Origin: a virus
Taxonomy: Duplodnaviria > Caudoviricetes
Strand: one strand, 5' to 3'
IMG/VR virus record: IMGVR_UViG_3300034411_000408
Location: 1 to 36,884 of that record
Length of the DNA: 36,884 bases
The notes under the pieces are model-generated. The model saw nothing but the letters and a program-made list of their open reading frames with translations, searched no databases and was not told the origin of the DNA. Below, piece by piece: positions 28,761 through 36,036 of the stretch. Each line of letters opens with the position of its first letter. The stretch's first letter is position 1. A program made the translations under genes and the position numbers.

Positions 28761-29231
28761 TCAAAATGCCGCCACTAGGACGTTCGCGAGTCCGTGATCG
28801 TGCGAGCTCTTAATCAACGAGATTTCCGTCATGCGCAGGTCGTAGATTTTTTCACACGATCGCGCATGCGACTTCATCGCAGACCAGTGTTCAGGGCGGA
28901 CGCGAATGTAATGAAAATCCCTGTCTACGCGAACGCAAAGAAAATTGCCTGCGCGTGAAAGCACCAGTGTCTCTGCGCAGTAGCCTTCAAAAAAATACGC
29001 CATCGACTCGAAATGGGCTTTGTTCGCTTGTGCAGCAGGGCTTTCTGGTTGCGTTGCGTGCAGATCCAAGATCTCTTCGATCAATGCAACAAAGGGCCGC
29101 GCCTCTTTGTCGAAGCTGTTCGAGTAATACCGAGCACCTTCTGCCTGAGCAAAACACCAGTTCGCTTCGCCAAGCGCGCGGTTAATGTAGCCGTCCCAGA
29201 GGGTCTGGCGTTCGTTAGGAGTCTTTTCCAT
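28761..29231 (-). CDS. Unknown 156-aa protein, paralogue A in the cI operon
   Basis: Overlaps the cI 3' end; AAGGA RBS. Confidence 0.85.
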   Translation of the reverse strand: MEKTPNERQTLWDGYINRALGEANWCFAQAEGARYYSNSFDKEARPFVALIEEILDLHATQPESPAAQANKAHFESMAYFFEGYCAETLVLSRAGNFLCVRVDRDFHYIRVRPEHWSAMKSHARSCEKIYDLRMTEISLIKSSHDHGLANVLVAAF

Positions 29232-29553
29232 TTGCTGAATCCTTTGCGCTTTCTATGTCCAATAGATGATTTATCAGCGCGTCTACTTGTTGCTGAGATG
29301 GGATAGACAGTGCAGCAAAGGTGTCTTGCACGTTCAGTCCCGTTGCTGTGTCGTCACGCCCAAACAGCAACCAGGCAGGCTTCACGTTAAACAGATCGGC
29401 GAGCTTTACGACGTTCGATCGGTTTGGTGTTGCCTTTCTGGTTTCCCACTTGTGTATGACGTTGTGATTGATTCCGGACAATTCAGCCAATTGACGCAGG
29501 CTGAGTTCGCGTGCATTCCGGAGATCGCGTATGCGGTCGGCGATGTCCTTCAT
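29215..29553 (-). CDS. cI: CI-like XRE repressor without peptidase domain
   Basis: RIRDLRNARELSLRQLAELSG...IHKWE...P...LADLFNVKPAWLLFG; divergent from cro. Confidence 0.85.
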   Translation of the reverse strand: MKDIADRIRDLRNARELSLRQLAELSGINHNVIHKWETRKATPNRSNVVKLADLFNVKPAWLLFGRDDTATGLNVQDTFAALSIPSQQQVDALINHLLDIESAKDSANGKDS

Positions 29554-29558
29554 GGTTT

Positions 29559-29676
29559 TGTCTCCTAATTTATAATGTCACCCGAATGTATCGCAAAGGG
29601 TGACAATGAGCAACACTTTCGGTGACAAATTGATTGTGTGTTGTGACTGTCACCCAAAGGGTGTACATTCGCAGCG
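29559..29676. promoter_or_regulatory. cI/cro switch: operators TGTCACCC-N3-GGGTGACA and rightward promoter
   Basis: Sites at 29587-29605, 29609-29627, 29648-29666, half-site 29576-29583; TTGTGA (29641-46), 17 bp, TACATT (29664-69). Confidence 0.8.
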
Positions 29677-29874
29677 ATGAGCAATACAGACATCTGGCAC
29701 AAAATCAGAATCAGCGAACTTGCCACCCGCCTGAATATCTCCCGCGGCTCCGTCTACAAGTGGAAGTGGGCCGACAAAATTCCAGCCGAGCGGGTGGTGG
29801 CCGTCGAAGCCATTACCGGCATAAAACGCGAAGAGCTAAGGCCAGACCTTTTTGGCCATGCGGCGGATGGCTGA
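29677..29874 (+). CDS. cro: Cro-like (YdaS-type) regulator
   Basis: LATRLNISRGSVYKW...IPAERVVAVEAITGIKREELRPDLFG. Confidence 0.88.
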   Translation: MSNTDIWHKIRISELATRLNISRGSVYKWKWADKIPAERVVAVEAITGIKREELRPDLFGHAADG

Positions 29875-31837
29875 GCCGGTGTTTGCACGCGAAGGAGTGA
29901 GAGAGTCGGCGCGCGAGCTCGCGGAAGAGGGCTTTACTGTCGTGCCTGCGCACCCAGTAGAGAAGCGGCCAATCGTGAAGTGGCAAGTCTGGCAGACCGA
30001 AGAGCCGCCGGAAGGGCAGCAGGAATACTGGCTAAACAGCGCCAACTACCAAAACAACAACTACGCCATCATTACGGGCAAGCAGATCGTTGTGGTCGAT
30101 GCGGACAGCGATGACGCCGTCAAATTTGTGCGAGACAACCTGACTTACACGCCGAGGCGCGTGACGACTAGTAAAGGCAAGCACTTTTACTATCAGGTCG
30201 ATCCTAATTACCCAGTACGCAATGGCGTGAATCCAGACCTGCGCATTGACCTGCGAGGCCAAGGCGGCTGCGTGATAGCGCCAGGTAGCATCCACGAAAG
30301 CGGCCATGTATACGCACGCGACGACGATCCTGACGTGGACGTGTGGTGGGGCAGCCTGCCGAAGTTAAACGCCGCAGACCTTCGCAAGATTAAGTCGTTT
30401 AACGAGCCTGCGCCTGGGCCGGTCGATACGGGCCTATCTTTTAATGTAAAAGAGGCCGGCGTTTCTGAGGGCAACCGCAATCACGAAGCAGCTGCCGAGG
30501 CTGGCCGGCTGTTTCGCCAGGGGCTGAGCTTTGACGCTGTGCTTGAGCAGGTGCTGCAGTGGAATACCTACAACAGCCCGCCGCTCGGGCGAGACGAGGT
30601 AGAGCGCACCGTTGATAGCATCGCTCAAGCGCACGCCCGCAACAGCGCAGCTGAGCAGCGCGAAGCGCGCGAGGCGCAAGCCGAGGCCGCTGAAGCGCAG
30701 AAGGTGGCGCTCGAGCCAAAGCCCTTCGTGCTCGGCGACGCCAGCAAGATACCGCCGCGGGAGTGGGTGTACGGCCGGCACTTCATACGCAAGTTTCTAT
30801 CCGTCACCGTCGCGCCAGGCGGCACTGGCAAGACGGCGATCACGCTGGCCGAGGCCGTTGCGATGGCAACAGGCCGCTCGATCATGGGCATCGAGACGCC
30901 AAAGCGCCGAGTGTGGGTGTGGAACCTCGAAGACCCATTAGAAGAGCTCCAGCGCCGGATCGCCGGCATTGCTCAGCATCACAACATCACGCAAGACGAT
31001 CTGGGCGACAGACTGCTCGTCAACAGCGGGCGAGACGAGCCGCTGATCATTGCCGAGCAGGCCGGCGGGGCTAACGTGCTTACGCCAGCTGCCGATGCTC
31101 TGACTCACCATATTAAGGCCATGAACGTGGACGTCGTCATTGTTGACCCGTTCGTGAGCTCGCACCACCTCAGCGAAAACGATAACAAGGCCATCGATAT
31201 GGTCGTAAAGCGCTGGGCGCAGGTTGCCAACGACGCCAATTGCTCTATCGAGCTCGTGCATCACGTCAGAAAGGGCAACGGCATGCAGGAAGCGACAGTT
31301 TCCGACGCCAGGGGCGCAAGTGCCCTGGTAGACGCCGCCCGTCACGTTCGCCGGCTACAGCGTATGACCGCCGAAGAGGCGCGCAATGCGGGGATAGACG
31401 AAGACCAATTCTGGCGCTATAGCCGCGAAGGCGACAGCAAAGACAACCTCGCACCACCAACCGGCGACTCGACGTGGCGACAGATGGTCAGCGTTGAGCT
31501 CCCGAACGGCGACAGCGTCGGTGTGAGCGAGCCTTGGCAGTGGCCGGACGCATTCTCTGACGTGACACGAAACGACTTGGAGACGGTGCAGCGCGCCGTG
31601 GCTGCAGGCGAATACCGCGAGAGCCATCGGGCAAAGGATTGGGTGGGTAACGCCGTAGCGGACGTGCTGAATCTCGATATCAACGACAGCTATGTGCGTA
31701 CCAAGGTGCGCCACATGCTGAGCACTTGGATCGACAACAACGCTTTGCGAGTAGTCGAGCGGCCAGACAAGACGCGAATGATGCGCAAATTTGTGATCGT
31801 TGGGACGTGGGTGAGCGAGGGTGAGATCGATGAGTGA
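29867..31837 (+). CDS. Bifunctional primase-polymerase / PriCT / AAA_25 (RepA-type) helicase fusion
   Basis: VVVDAD, T.KGKHFYY, DLRGQGGCVIAPGSIH; EGNRN; APGGTGKT, VIVDP, LVHHVRK, RGASA. ATG 29867 overlaps the cro end (track start 29852). Confidence 0.92.
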   Translation: MAEPVFAREGVRESARELAEEGFTVVPAHPVEKRPIVKWQVWQTEEPPEGQQEYWLNSANYQNNNYAIITGKQIVVVDADSDDAVKFVRDNLTYTPRRVTTSKGKHFYYQVDPNYPVRNGVNPDLRIDLRGQGGCVIAPGSIHESGHVYARDDDPDVDVWWGSLPKLNAADLRKIKSFNEPAPGPVDTGLSFNVKEAGVSEGNRNHEAAAEAGRLFRQGLSFDAVLEQVLQWNTYNSPPLGRDEVERTVDSIAQAHARNSAAEQREAREAQAEAAEAQKVALEPKPFVLGDASKIPPREWVYGRHFIRKFLSVTVAPGGTGKTAITLAEAVAMATGRSIMGIETPKRRVWVWNLEDPLEELQRRIAGIAQHHNITQDDLGDRLLVNSGRDEPLIIAEQAGGANVLTPAADALTHHIKAMNVDVVIVDPFVSSHHLSENDNKAIDMVVKRWAQVANDANCSIELVHHVRKGNGMQEATVSDARGASALVDAARHVRRLQRMTAEEARNAGIDEDQFWRYSREGDSKDNLAPPTGDSTWRQMVSVELPNGDSVGVSEPWQWPDAFSDVTRNDLETVQRAVAAGEYRESHRAKDWVGNAVADVLNLDINDSYVRTKVRHMLSTWIDNNALRVVERPDKTRMMRKFVIVGTWVSEGEIDE

Positions 31838-31840
31838 CGG

Positions 31841-31990
31841 TGCATCAGTAGCGTGTTTTTTACTGATGCAGAGCGATGCAGCGGCGAGCATCAGAATGTA
31901 CCTGCATCGGTACAAAATTTACTTGTACCGGCAGAGTACTAGTGATGCAGGTTTTGGGTGCTGCAAAAGTAGTGATGCATGACTGATGCA
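31841..31990. repeat. Iteron-like TGATGCA repeat cluster, putative replication origin
   Basis: Perfect inverted repeat 31841-50/31861-70; further exact or degenerate copies near 31874, 31887, 31903, 31940, 31958, 31970, 31981. Confidence 0.65.
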
Positions 31991-32357
31991 AAAGGCTAAA
32001 AAACCAAAGGCCAAGAAGCAGTCGGCCGGCAGCAAGGGCGAGGAGGCGCTTGCAGCGCAGCTGCAGGCGGCGGGCGTGAGCTTTGAGCGGGAGCAGCTGC
32101 TGATCCCTGGCCGCAGGTTTCGGTTCGACTTCGTGATCACCGGCAGCGACCTGGTCATCGAGGTTGAGGGCGGAACGTGGAGTGGTGGCCGGCACACCAG
32201 CGGCGTTGGCTTTCGGTCGGACTGCTTTAAGTACAACAAGGCGCTCGAGCTTGGCTATCGGGTGCTGCGCTACACGACTGACATGGTTACCAAGGGCGAG
32301 GCGATAGCGCAAGTCATGGACATACTAGGCGCTGAGAGCGCCGTAGAGGGGCTGTGA
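31986..32357 (+). CDS. Vsr/DUF559-like PD-(D/E)XK endonuclease (possible resolvase)
   Basis: RRFRFDF...IEVEGGTWSGGRH...DCFKYNKA...GYRVLRYT. Confidence 0.85.
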   Translation: MQKAKKPKAKKQSAGSKGEEALAAQLQAAGVSFEREQLLIPGRRFRFDFVITGSDLVIEVEGGTWSGGRHTSGVGFRSDCFKYNKALELGYRVLRYTTDMVTKGEAIAQVMDILGAESAVEGL

Positions 32358-32363
32358 GGCGAT

Positions 32364-32633
32364 ATGAAGTGTAAGCAGTGCGGTAGTAGCGGTCATAGGG
32401 TAATCAGCTCTGACAAGCTGCGAGAGGGCGTTAGACGGCGTCGCGAGTGTTTGCGATGTGGAAACAGGTGGAACACAATTGAGACGGTGCTGGTCGAGCG
32501 ACCGGCAGAGCCGAAGGCGAAGCCGGAGCGCAAGCCTGTGGAGCCCGCGTATCGGCGTGAAGAGCTCGAAGACTTGGCCGATGGTTGGGACAGCGAGCTC
32601 GACGACATACTTAACGAATTAGGAGCGAACTAG
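32364..32633 (+). CDS. NrdR-type zinc-ribbon protein lacking the ATP-cone, with acidic tail
   Basis: MKCKQC...RVISS....GVRRRRECLRCGNRWNTIE matches the NrdR N-terminal CxxC...RRRRxCxxCxxRxxTxE pattern. Confidence 0.85.
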   Translation: MKCKQCGSSGHRVISSDKLREGVRRRRECLRCGNRWNTIETVLVERPAEPKAKPERKPVEPAYRREELEDLADGWDSELDDILNELGAN

Positions 32634-32634
32634 G

Positions 32635-33075
32635 ATGCCTGGCAGACCGATAATCAGAGCGCAGATCAAGAGCCTGGAAGAACGTGGCGAGGAAGCCGTG
32701 TTCAATATGATTGCCGGTGGCATGACTGTCGTGAACACGATGAAAGAATGCCAGGTTGGCCGGCGTGCGTTCTACCGATGGCTGGAAGAGGGCGAGGGTA
32801 GGCACGATCGCTACCTGCAAGCTCGGAGGTTGTGGGCTGACGCACTGGCTGAAGAGTGCCTAGAGATCGCCGATGGCACGATGGACGCGCACGACGCGAC
32901 CGTTCGTAAACTGCGCATCGATACGCGCAAGTGGTTGGCCGGTAACGTGAACCCAGATCAATGGCGTGAGAAGCGCGATCCGTTAGTGAACATCACGCTG
33001 GGTGATCAGCATTTGGCGGCGCTTCGTGAGCTTACAAACGACAGCGTAATCGAGCATGAGAGCGACGAAACCTAG
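32635..33075 (+). CDS. terS: Terminase small subunit (Sf6 gp1-like)
   Basis: HTH then YLQAR...ADALAEECLEIAD...KLRIDTRKWLA...P..W. Confidence 0.88.
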   Translation: MPGRPIIRAQIKSLEERGEEAVFNMIAGGMTVVNTMKECQVGRRAFYRWLEEGEGRHDRYLQARRLWADALAEECLEIADGTMDAHDATVRKLRIDTRKWLAGNVNPDQWREKRDPLVNITLGDQHLAALRELTNDSVIEHESDET

Positions 33076-33154
33076 CTCGCAGACACTGGCTCGCGCAGCC
33101 GGCTTTGCGCGCAGGAAATGGCCGTGCCGAGACAGCTGGGTTAAGGGGCGTTTT

Positions 33155-33335
33155 GCCGTGGAACACCGCAGATAATTACGCGAAAAACTGTTAGATCAAC
33201 GAAATCAATGACTTACGGCTGCGCGCAATTGCGCGTAATAATCATTATGTTAAATTGGGCCTCAAAAGGGCCGTGGAACACGCCGTGGAACAATGGCTGC
33301 CCCCCCCCTTGAACCAGCAGGGGGGGGGGGGGGGG
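33155..33335. other. Putative packaging (pac/cos-like) region
   Basis: GCCGTGGAACA x3 (33155, 33270, 33282), IHF consensus 33203-33215, palindrome 33222-33235, C9 and G16 tracts; directly after terS. Confidence 0.5.
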
Positions 33336-33546
33336 AGGGAGAGACTTCCGCGCACCGAAAAAAATTCTCTTTTCTTCGCGTGCCCTTCTTCGCAGTCTTT
33401 GCCGCAGCCCTAAAAGCCTTCTTTGTCGGCCTTCCTTTTTCATTGGCTTTTCGCATGCGTTCTGGCGTCTTACCAGCCGCTTTCTGCGCCTTGATCCGCC
33501 GCCGCTTGGCAGCGATATTGGCGTACAGCCCTCTTCGTGGCATCAC
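33262..33546 (-). CDS. Small highly basic protein
   Basis: MPRRGLYANIAAKRRRIK...RMRK...PTKKAFRAAAKTAKK; GGAGG RBS; true C-terminus uncertain because it crosses the homopolymers. Confidence 0.75.
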   Translation of the reverse strand: MMPRRGLYANIAAKRRRIKAQKAAGKTPERMRKANEKGRPTKKAFRAAAKTAKKGTRRKENFFRCAEVSPSPPPPPAGSRGGAAIVPRRVPRPF

Positions 33547-33797
33547 TTCCTCCTAGATTTCGTGCCCGCGCACTTCCAGCGCTTACGGCTGAGTCGGAGC
33601 GGGCTGTTTGGGTTCTTGGCGGCTTTCGGGTGCTTCTTCATCTGGCCGGCGCTCCGCGCGCAGTAGGCGTCGCCTTTCTTGCTCGCCGGCTGCACGCGCC
33701 GCGATCCATCTTTGGCCTTGCCCGCCTGGCCATACGAAATACGTTTGCCGCTGGCCGTCACTTTGACGCGGGCTTTGCCCTTGCGTGGCGTAGCCAC
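33543..33797 (-). CDS. Small basic protein (DUF6321-like)
   Basis: SYGQAG...YCARSAGQMKKHPKAAKNPNSPLRLSRKRWKC. Confidence 0.8.
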   Translation of the reverse strand: MATPRKGKARVKVTASGKRISYGQAGKAKDGSRRVQPASKKGDAYCARSAGQMKKHPKAAKNPNSPLRLSRKRWKCAGTKSRRK

Positions 33798-33799
33798 GG

Positions 33800-33931
33800 C
33801 TAGCGTGGTGGGTAGGCTGGCTTAACGACAGGTACGTTCGTGCCGGCAGCCATGCGGGCGTTGCGAGCTTGTTTGGTGGCCGTGCGCTTGCCTTTCATGG
33901 CTTTCATTGTTTTTGAGTGTGATCCGTACAT
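33800..33931 (-). CDS. Small basic peptide (43 aa)
   Basis: Not in the track; GGAG RBS then MYGSHSKTMKAMKGKRTATKQARNARMAAGTNVPVVKPAYPPR*; stops 2 bp before the next start. Confidence 0.7.
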   Translation of the reverse strand: MYGSHSKTMKAMKGKRTATKQARNARMAAGTNVPVVKPAYPPR

Positions 33932-33935
33932 AGGA

Positions 33936-33973
33936 GCTCCATATGTGGTGATTGATGAGCTCCAATTTTCTCA
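33936..33973 (-). promoter_or_regulatory. Putative late promoter 3 (leftward): extended -10-like plus palindrome
   Basis: - strand TGAGAAAAT (33973-33965), 16 bp, CCACATATGG (33948-33939); AATCACCAYATATGG shared 14/15 with 656-670. Confidence 0.65.
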
Positions 33974-33990
33974 TATTTATTTCTATTTAT

Positions 33991-34031
33991 TGTCTCCTAA
34001 AAGGTGACAAGTAGAACAATATCGGTATAAT
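33991..34031 (+). promoter_or_regulatory. Early sigma70 promoter overlapped by a CI-type operator
   Basis: TGTCTCCT-AAA-AGGTGACA (33991-34009); GTGACA, 16 bp, TATAAT (34026-34031); AT-rich upstream tract. Confidence 0.75.
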
Positions 34032-34057
34032 TAGGGCCATAACAACGAGGAACGGAT

Positions 34058-34741
34058 ATGGAACTAAAAGTATTAGTAGCATGTGAAACCAGCGGCACCG
34101 TCCGCGATGCGTTCTACTGGGCTGGCCACGACGCATGGTCGTGCGACATTCTGCCCGCCGACACCCCTACCAATCGCCACATCCAAGGTGACGTTCGCGA
34201 CGTTTTAAAAATGGACTCATGGGACATGCTGATCATTGCACACCCGCCATGCACCAGGCTTTGCAACAGCGGTGTGCGCTGGCTACACAAAGCACCTCCA
34301 GGGCGAACCTTAGAATCTATGTGGGCCGAGTTAGACGAAGGTGCCGCACTTTTCCGCGAATTGATGGACGCTGACGTGCCGTACATCGCTGTTGAAAACC
34401 CCGTCATGCACAAGTATGCGAAGCAGCGGATCTGGGGTGAAGGCTGGGAAAAGAAATCCAAAAACGACGGCGAGTTTGTTTTGACGTCCGTTCAGCCCTA
34501 CGAGTTTGCTGAGTCGGTCGATGCTGATGACAACGTGACAAAGCGCACTTGCTTGTGGCTCAAGGGTCTGCCGCCGCTGCAGAAGACGTCCAACCTGACT
34601 CGCGAAACAGCTAGGGACGACATTCACAAAGCGCCGCCATCGAAGGATCGCTGGAAATTGCGCAGCAAGTTTCACAAAGGTCTGGCCCAAGCTATGGCCG
34701 ATCAATGGGGCAGTTTGTTTGCTCAAATGGAGGCCGCGTAA
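34058..34741 (+). CDS. Short C5-cytosine DNA methyltransferase-like protein
   Basis: VLVACETSG, SCDI, GDV, AHPPC (motif IV), VENPV (motif VI), KRTCLW, GLAQAMADQW; GAGGA RBS. Confidence 0.8.
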   Translation: MELKVLVACETSGTVRDAFYWAGHDAWSCDILPADTPTNRHIQGDVRDVLKMDSWDMLIIAHPPCTRLCNSGVRWLHKAPPGRTLESMWAELDEGAALFRELMDADVPYIAVENPVMHKYAKQRIWGEGWEKKSKNDGEFVLTSVQPYEFAESVDADDNVTKRTCLWLKGLPPLQKTSNLTRETARDDIHKAPPSKDRWKLRSKFHKGLAQAMADQWGSLFAQMEAA

Positions 34742-34756
34742 GCGGGGGGGCGCAGT

Positions 34757-34945
34757 ATGACGACAACGCAATTACCAGCCCCCTGGCACGGCAAGCATCC
34801 GCTGGATCTCGACACATCTACGCTGGCGCTGCTTTTAGAGGCCATCGCCGCCGACGCAGAGCGCGCGCCAGACCGCACAATATCTTCTGTTGGCTTAGCC
34901 GATATATTGCTCGCCGCGTCGGATCGGCTGTTGGAGGCACCGTGA
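34757..34945 (+). CDS. Hypothetical protein
   Basis: G-rich RBS within a 27-bp repeat. Confidence 0.6.
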   Translation: MTTTQLPAPWHGKHPLDLDTSTLALLLEAIAADAERAPDRTISSVGLADILLAASDRLLEAP

Positions 34946-35193
34946 AAAAAACAAACTATTTTGCCGCCCTTGAGGCGCAAGTGCGCAGGCAGCTGAAAGA
35001 CAAAACTCTGCGCGACGAAGTGTTTGCGACTGCCGCGCTAAAGGTGCTGCAGTCTATGGTTGCGCACCGGCCTAGCCCGCAGCCGTGGAATACGCACCCA
35101 ACCCCTGTGAGATCTAGCGATTTTGTTTTTGACGATGCTTTAGTCGATGGCGTGGCGGGCGTGATCGAAGATGAATTAAGCGCAAATAACTAA
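34942..35193 (+). CDS. Hypothetical protein (GTG start)
   Basis: GGAGG RBS, GTGA overlap; C-terminal part of track ORF 34705-35193. Confidence 0.65.
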   Translation: MKKTNYFAALEAQVRRQLKDKTLRDEVFATAALKVLQSMVAHRPSPQPWNTHPTPVRSSDFVFDDALVDGVAGVIEDELSANN

Positions 35194-35224
35194 TCAAGGA
35201 ACCGCGTAAGCGGCGGGAGGCAGT

Positions 35225-35494
35225 ATGAACAAACCCCAATGGCAAAAGGCGCATCACCTGGCTCGGCTCGCAGCGTGCATCGACCCGAAGGCGAATGCCG
35301 ACGAGCCGGCTGAAGTGAAAGCCTACCGGCAGCTGCATGAGCTCATTCAGTCTGGCGAGATGGAGCGCGCTAGCTTTAGGGTTGCTACCAGGTGCGTCCA
35401 CGACCATCGGTACGCAATCGATAAACTAGACATGTTTCGCGAACGGTACAGGCGCGCTAGACAAGTAGCAGCTGCATACAAACCAGCCCGCTAA
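35225..35494 (+). CDS. Hypothetical protein
   Basis: GGAGG RBS within the second 27-bp repeat. Confidence 0.7.
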   Translation: MNKPQWQKAHHLARLAACIDPKANADEPAEVKAYRQLHELIQSGEMERASFRVATRCVHDHRYAIDKLDMFRERYRRARQVAAAYKPAR

Positions 35495-35522
35495 CGCGGG
35501 CGCATAGTGATAGGATGAAGGC

Positions 35523-35882
35523 ATGATTAGTAAAAAGTTTGGCGATTTATTGGTTGAAGTAGAGCTCGAAGACGGCGAGTTGTGGCGCAGGGGCACGATT
35601 AGCATTTACTTCGAGCTTGGCGCTGCATATGAGAGTTACCACGTCAGCCCGCCTGACATTAAGAAATTTCGGTATGACGATCCGTCGCCCAGGTTCATCG
35701 ACCTGGTGCGCGTCACTTCCTGGATCAGAGACTATGTAGATGGGAACCCAACCGACGAAATAGATCAAATGGTCAGGGATTTGATCGAACAAGAAATCAC
35801 CTTCAGCACTGACGGCCAAGTCATTGACGACCCGTTTCATAATCCAACTGACGAGCTCAACCCGCGCCACATATACGAATAG
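35523..35882 (+). CDS. Hypothetical acidic protein
   Basis: AGGA/GAAGG upstream; 119 aa. Confidence 0.7.
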   Translation: MISKKFGDLLVEVELEDGELWRRGTISIYFELGAAYESYHVSPPDIKKFRYDDPSPRFIDLVRVTSWIRDYVDGNPTDEIDQMVRDLIEQEITFSTDGQVIDDPFHNPTDELNPRHIYE

Positions 35883-35993
35883 CCTGTCCCTGACCTGTCC
35901 CTGATCAATCCCTGACCAATCCCTGACCTGCTCAGAGCGTCCCATTTCTGCTCGGAACGCTGCTCATTTCTGCTCAGACCATTGCTCAGACCA
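35883..35993. repeat. Degenerate ~11-bp tandem repeat array upstream of terL
   Basis: CCTGTCCCTGA x2, TCAATCCCTGA, CCAATCCCTGA, then TGCTC(A/G)-containing units. Confidence 0.8.
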
Positions 35994-35997
35994 TAAG

Positions 35998-36036
35998 CGG
36001 TAGAATATGGCATGCCTGAAAACCCATATGTGGCGT
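35998..36036 (+). promoter_or_regulatory. Putative late promoter 4 (terL): -10 plus palindrome
   Basis: CGGTAGAAT (35998-36006), 17 bp, CCATATGTGG (36024-36033). Confidence 0.65.
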
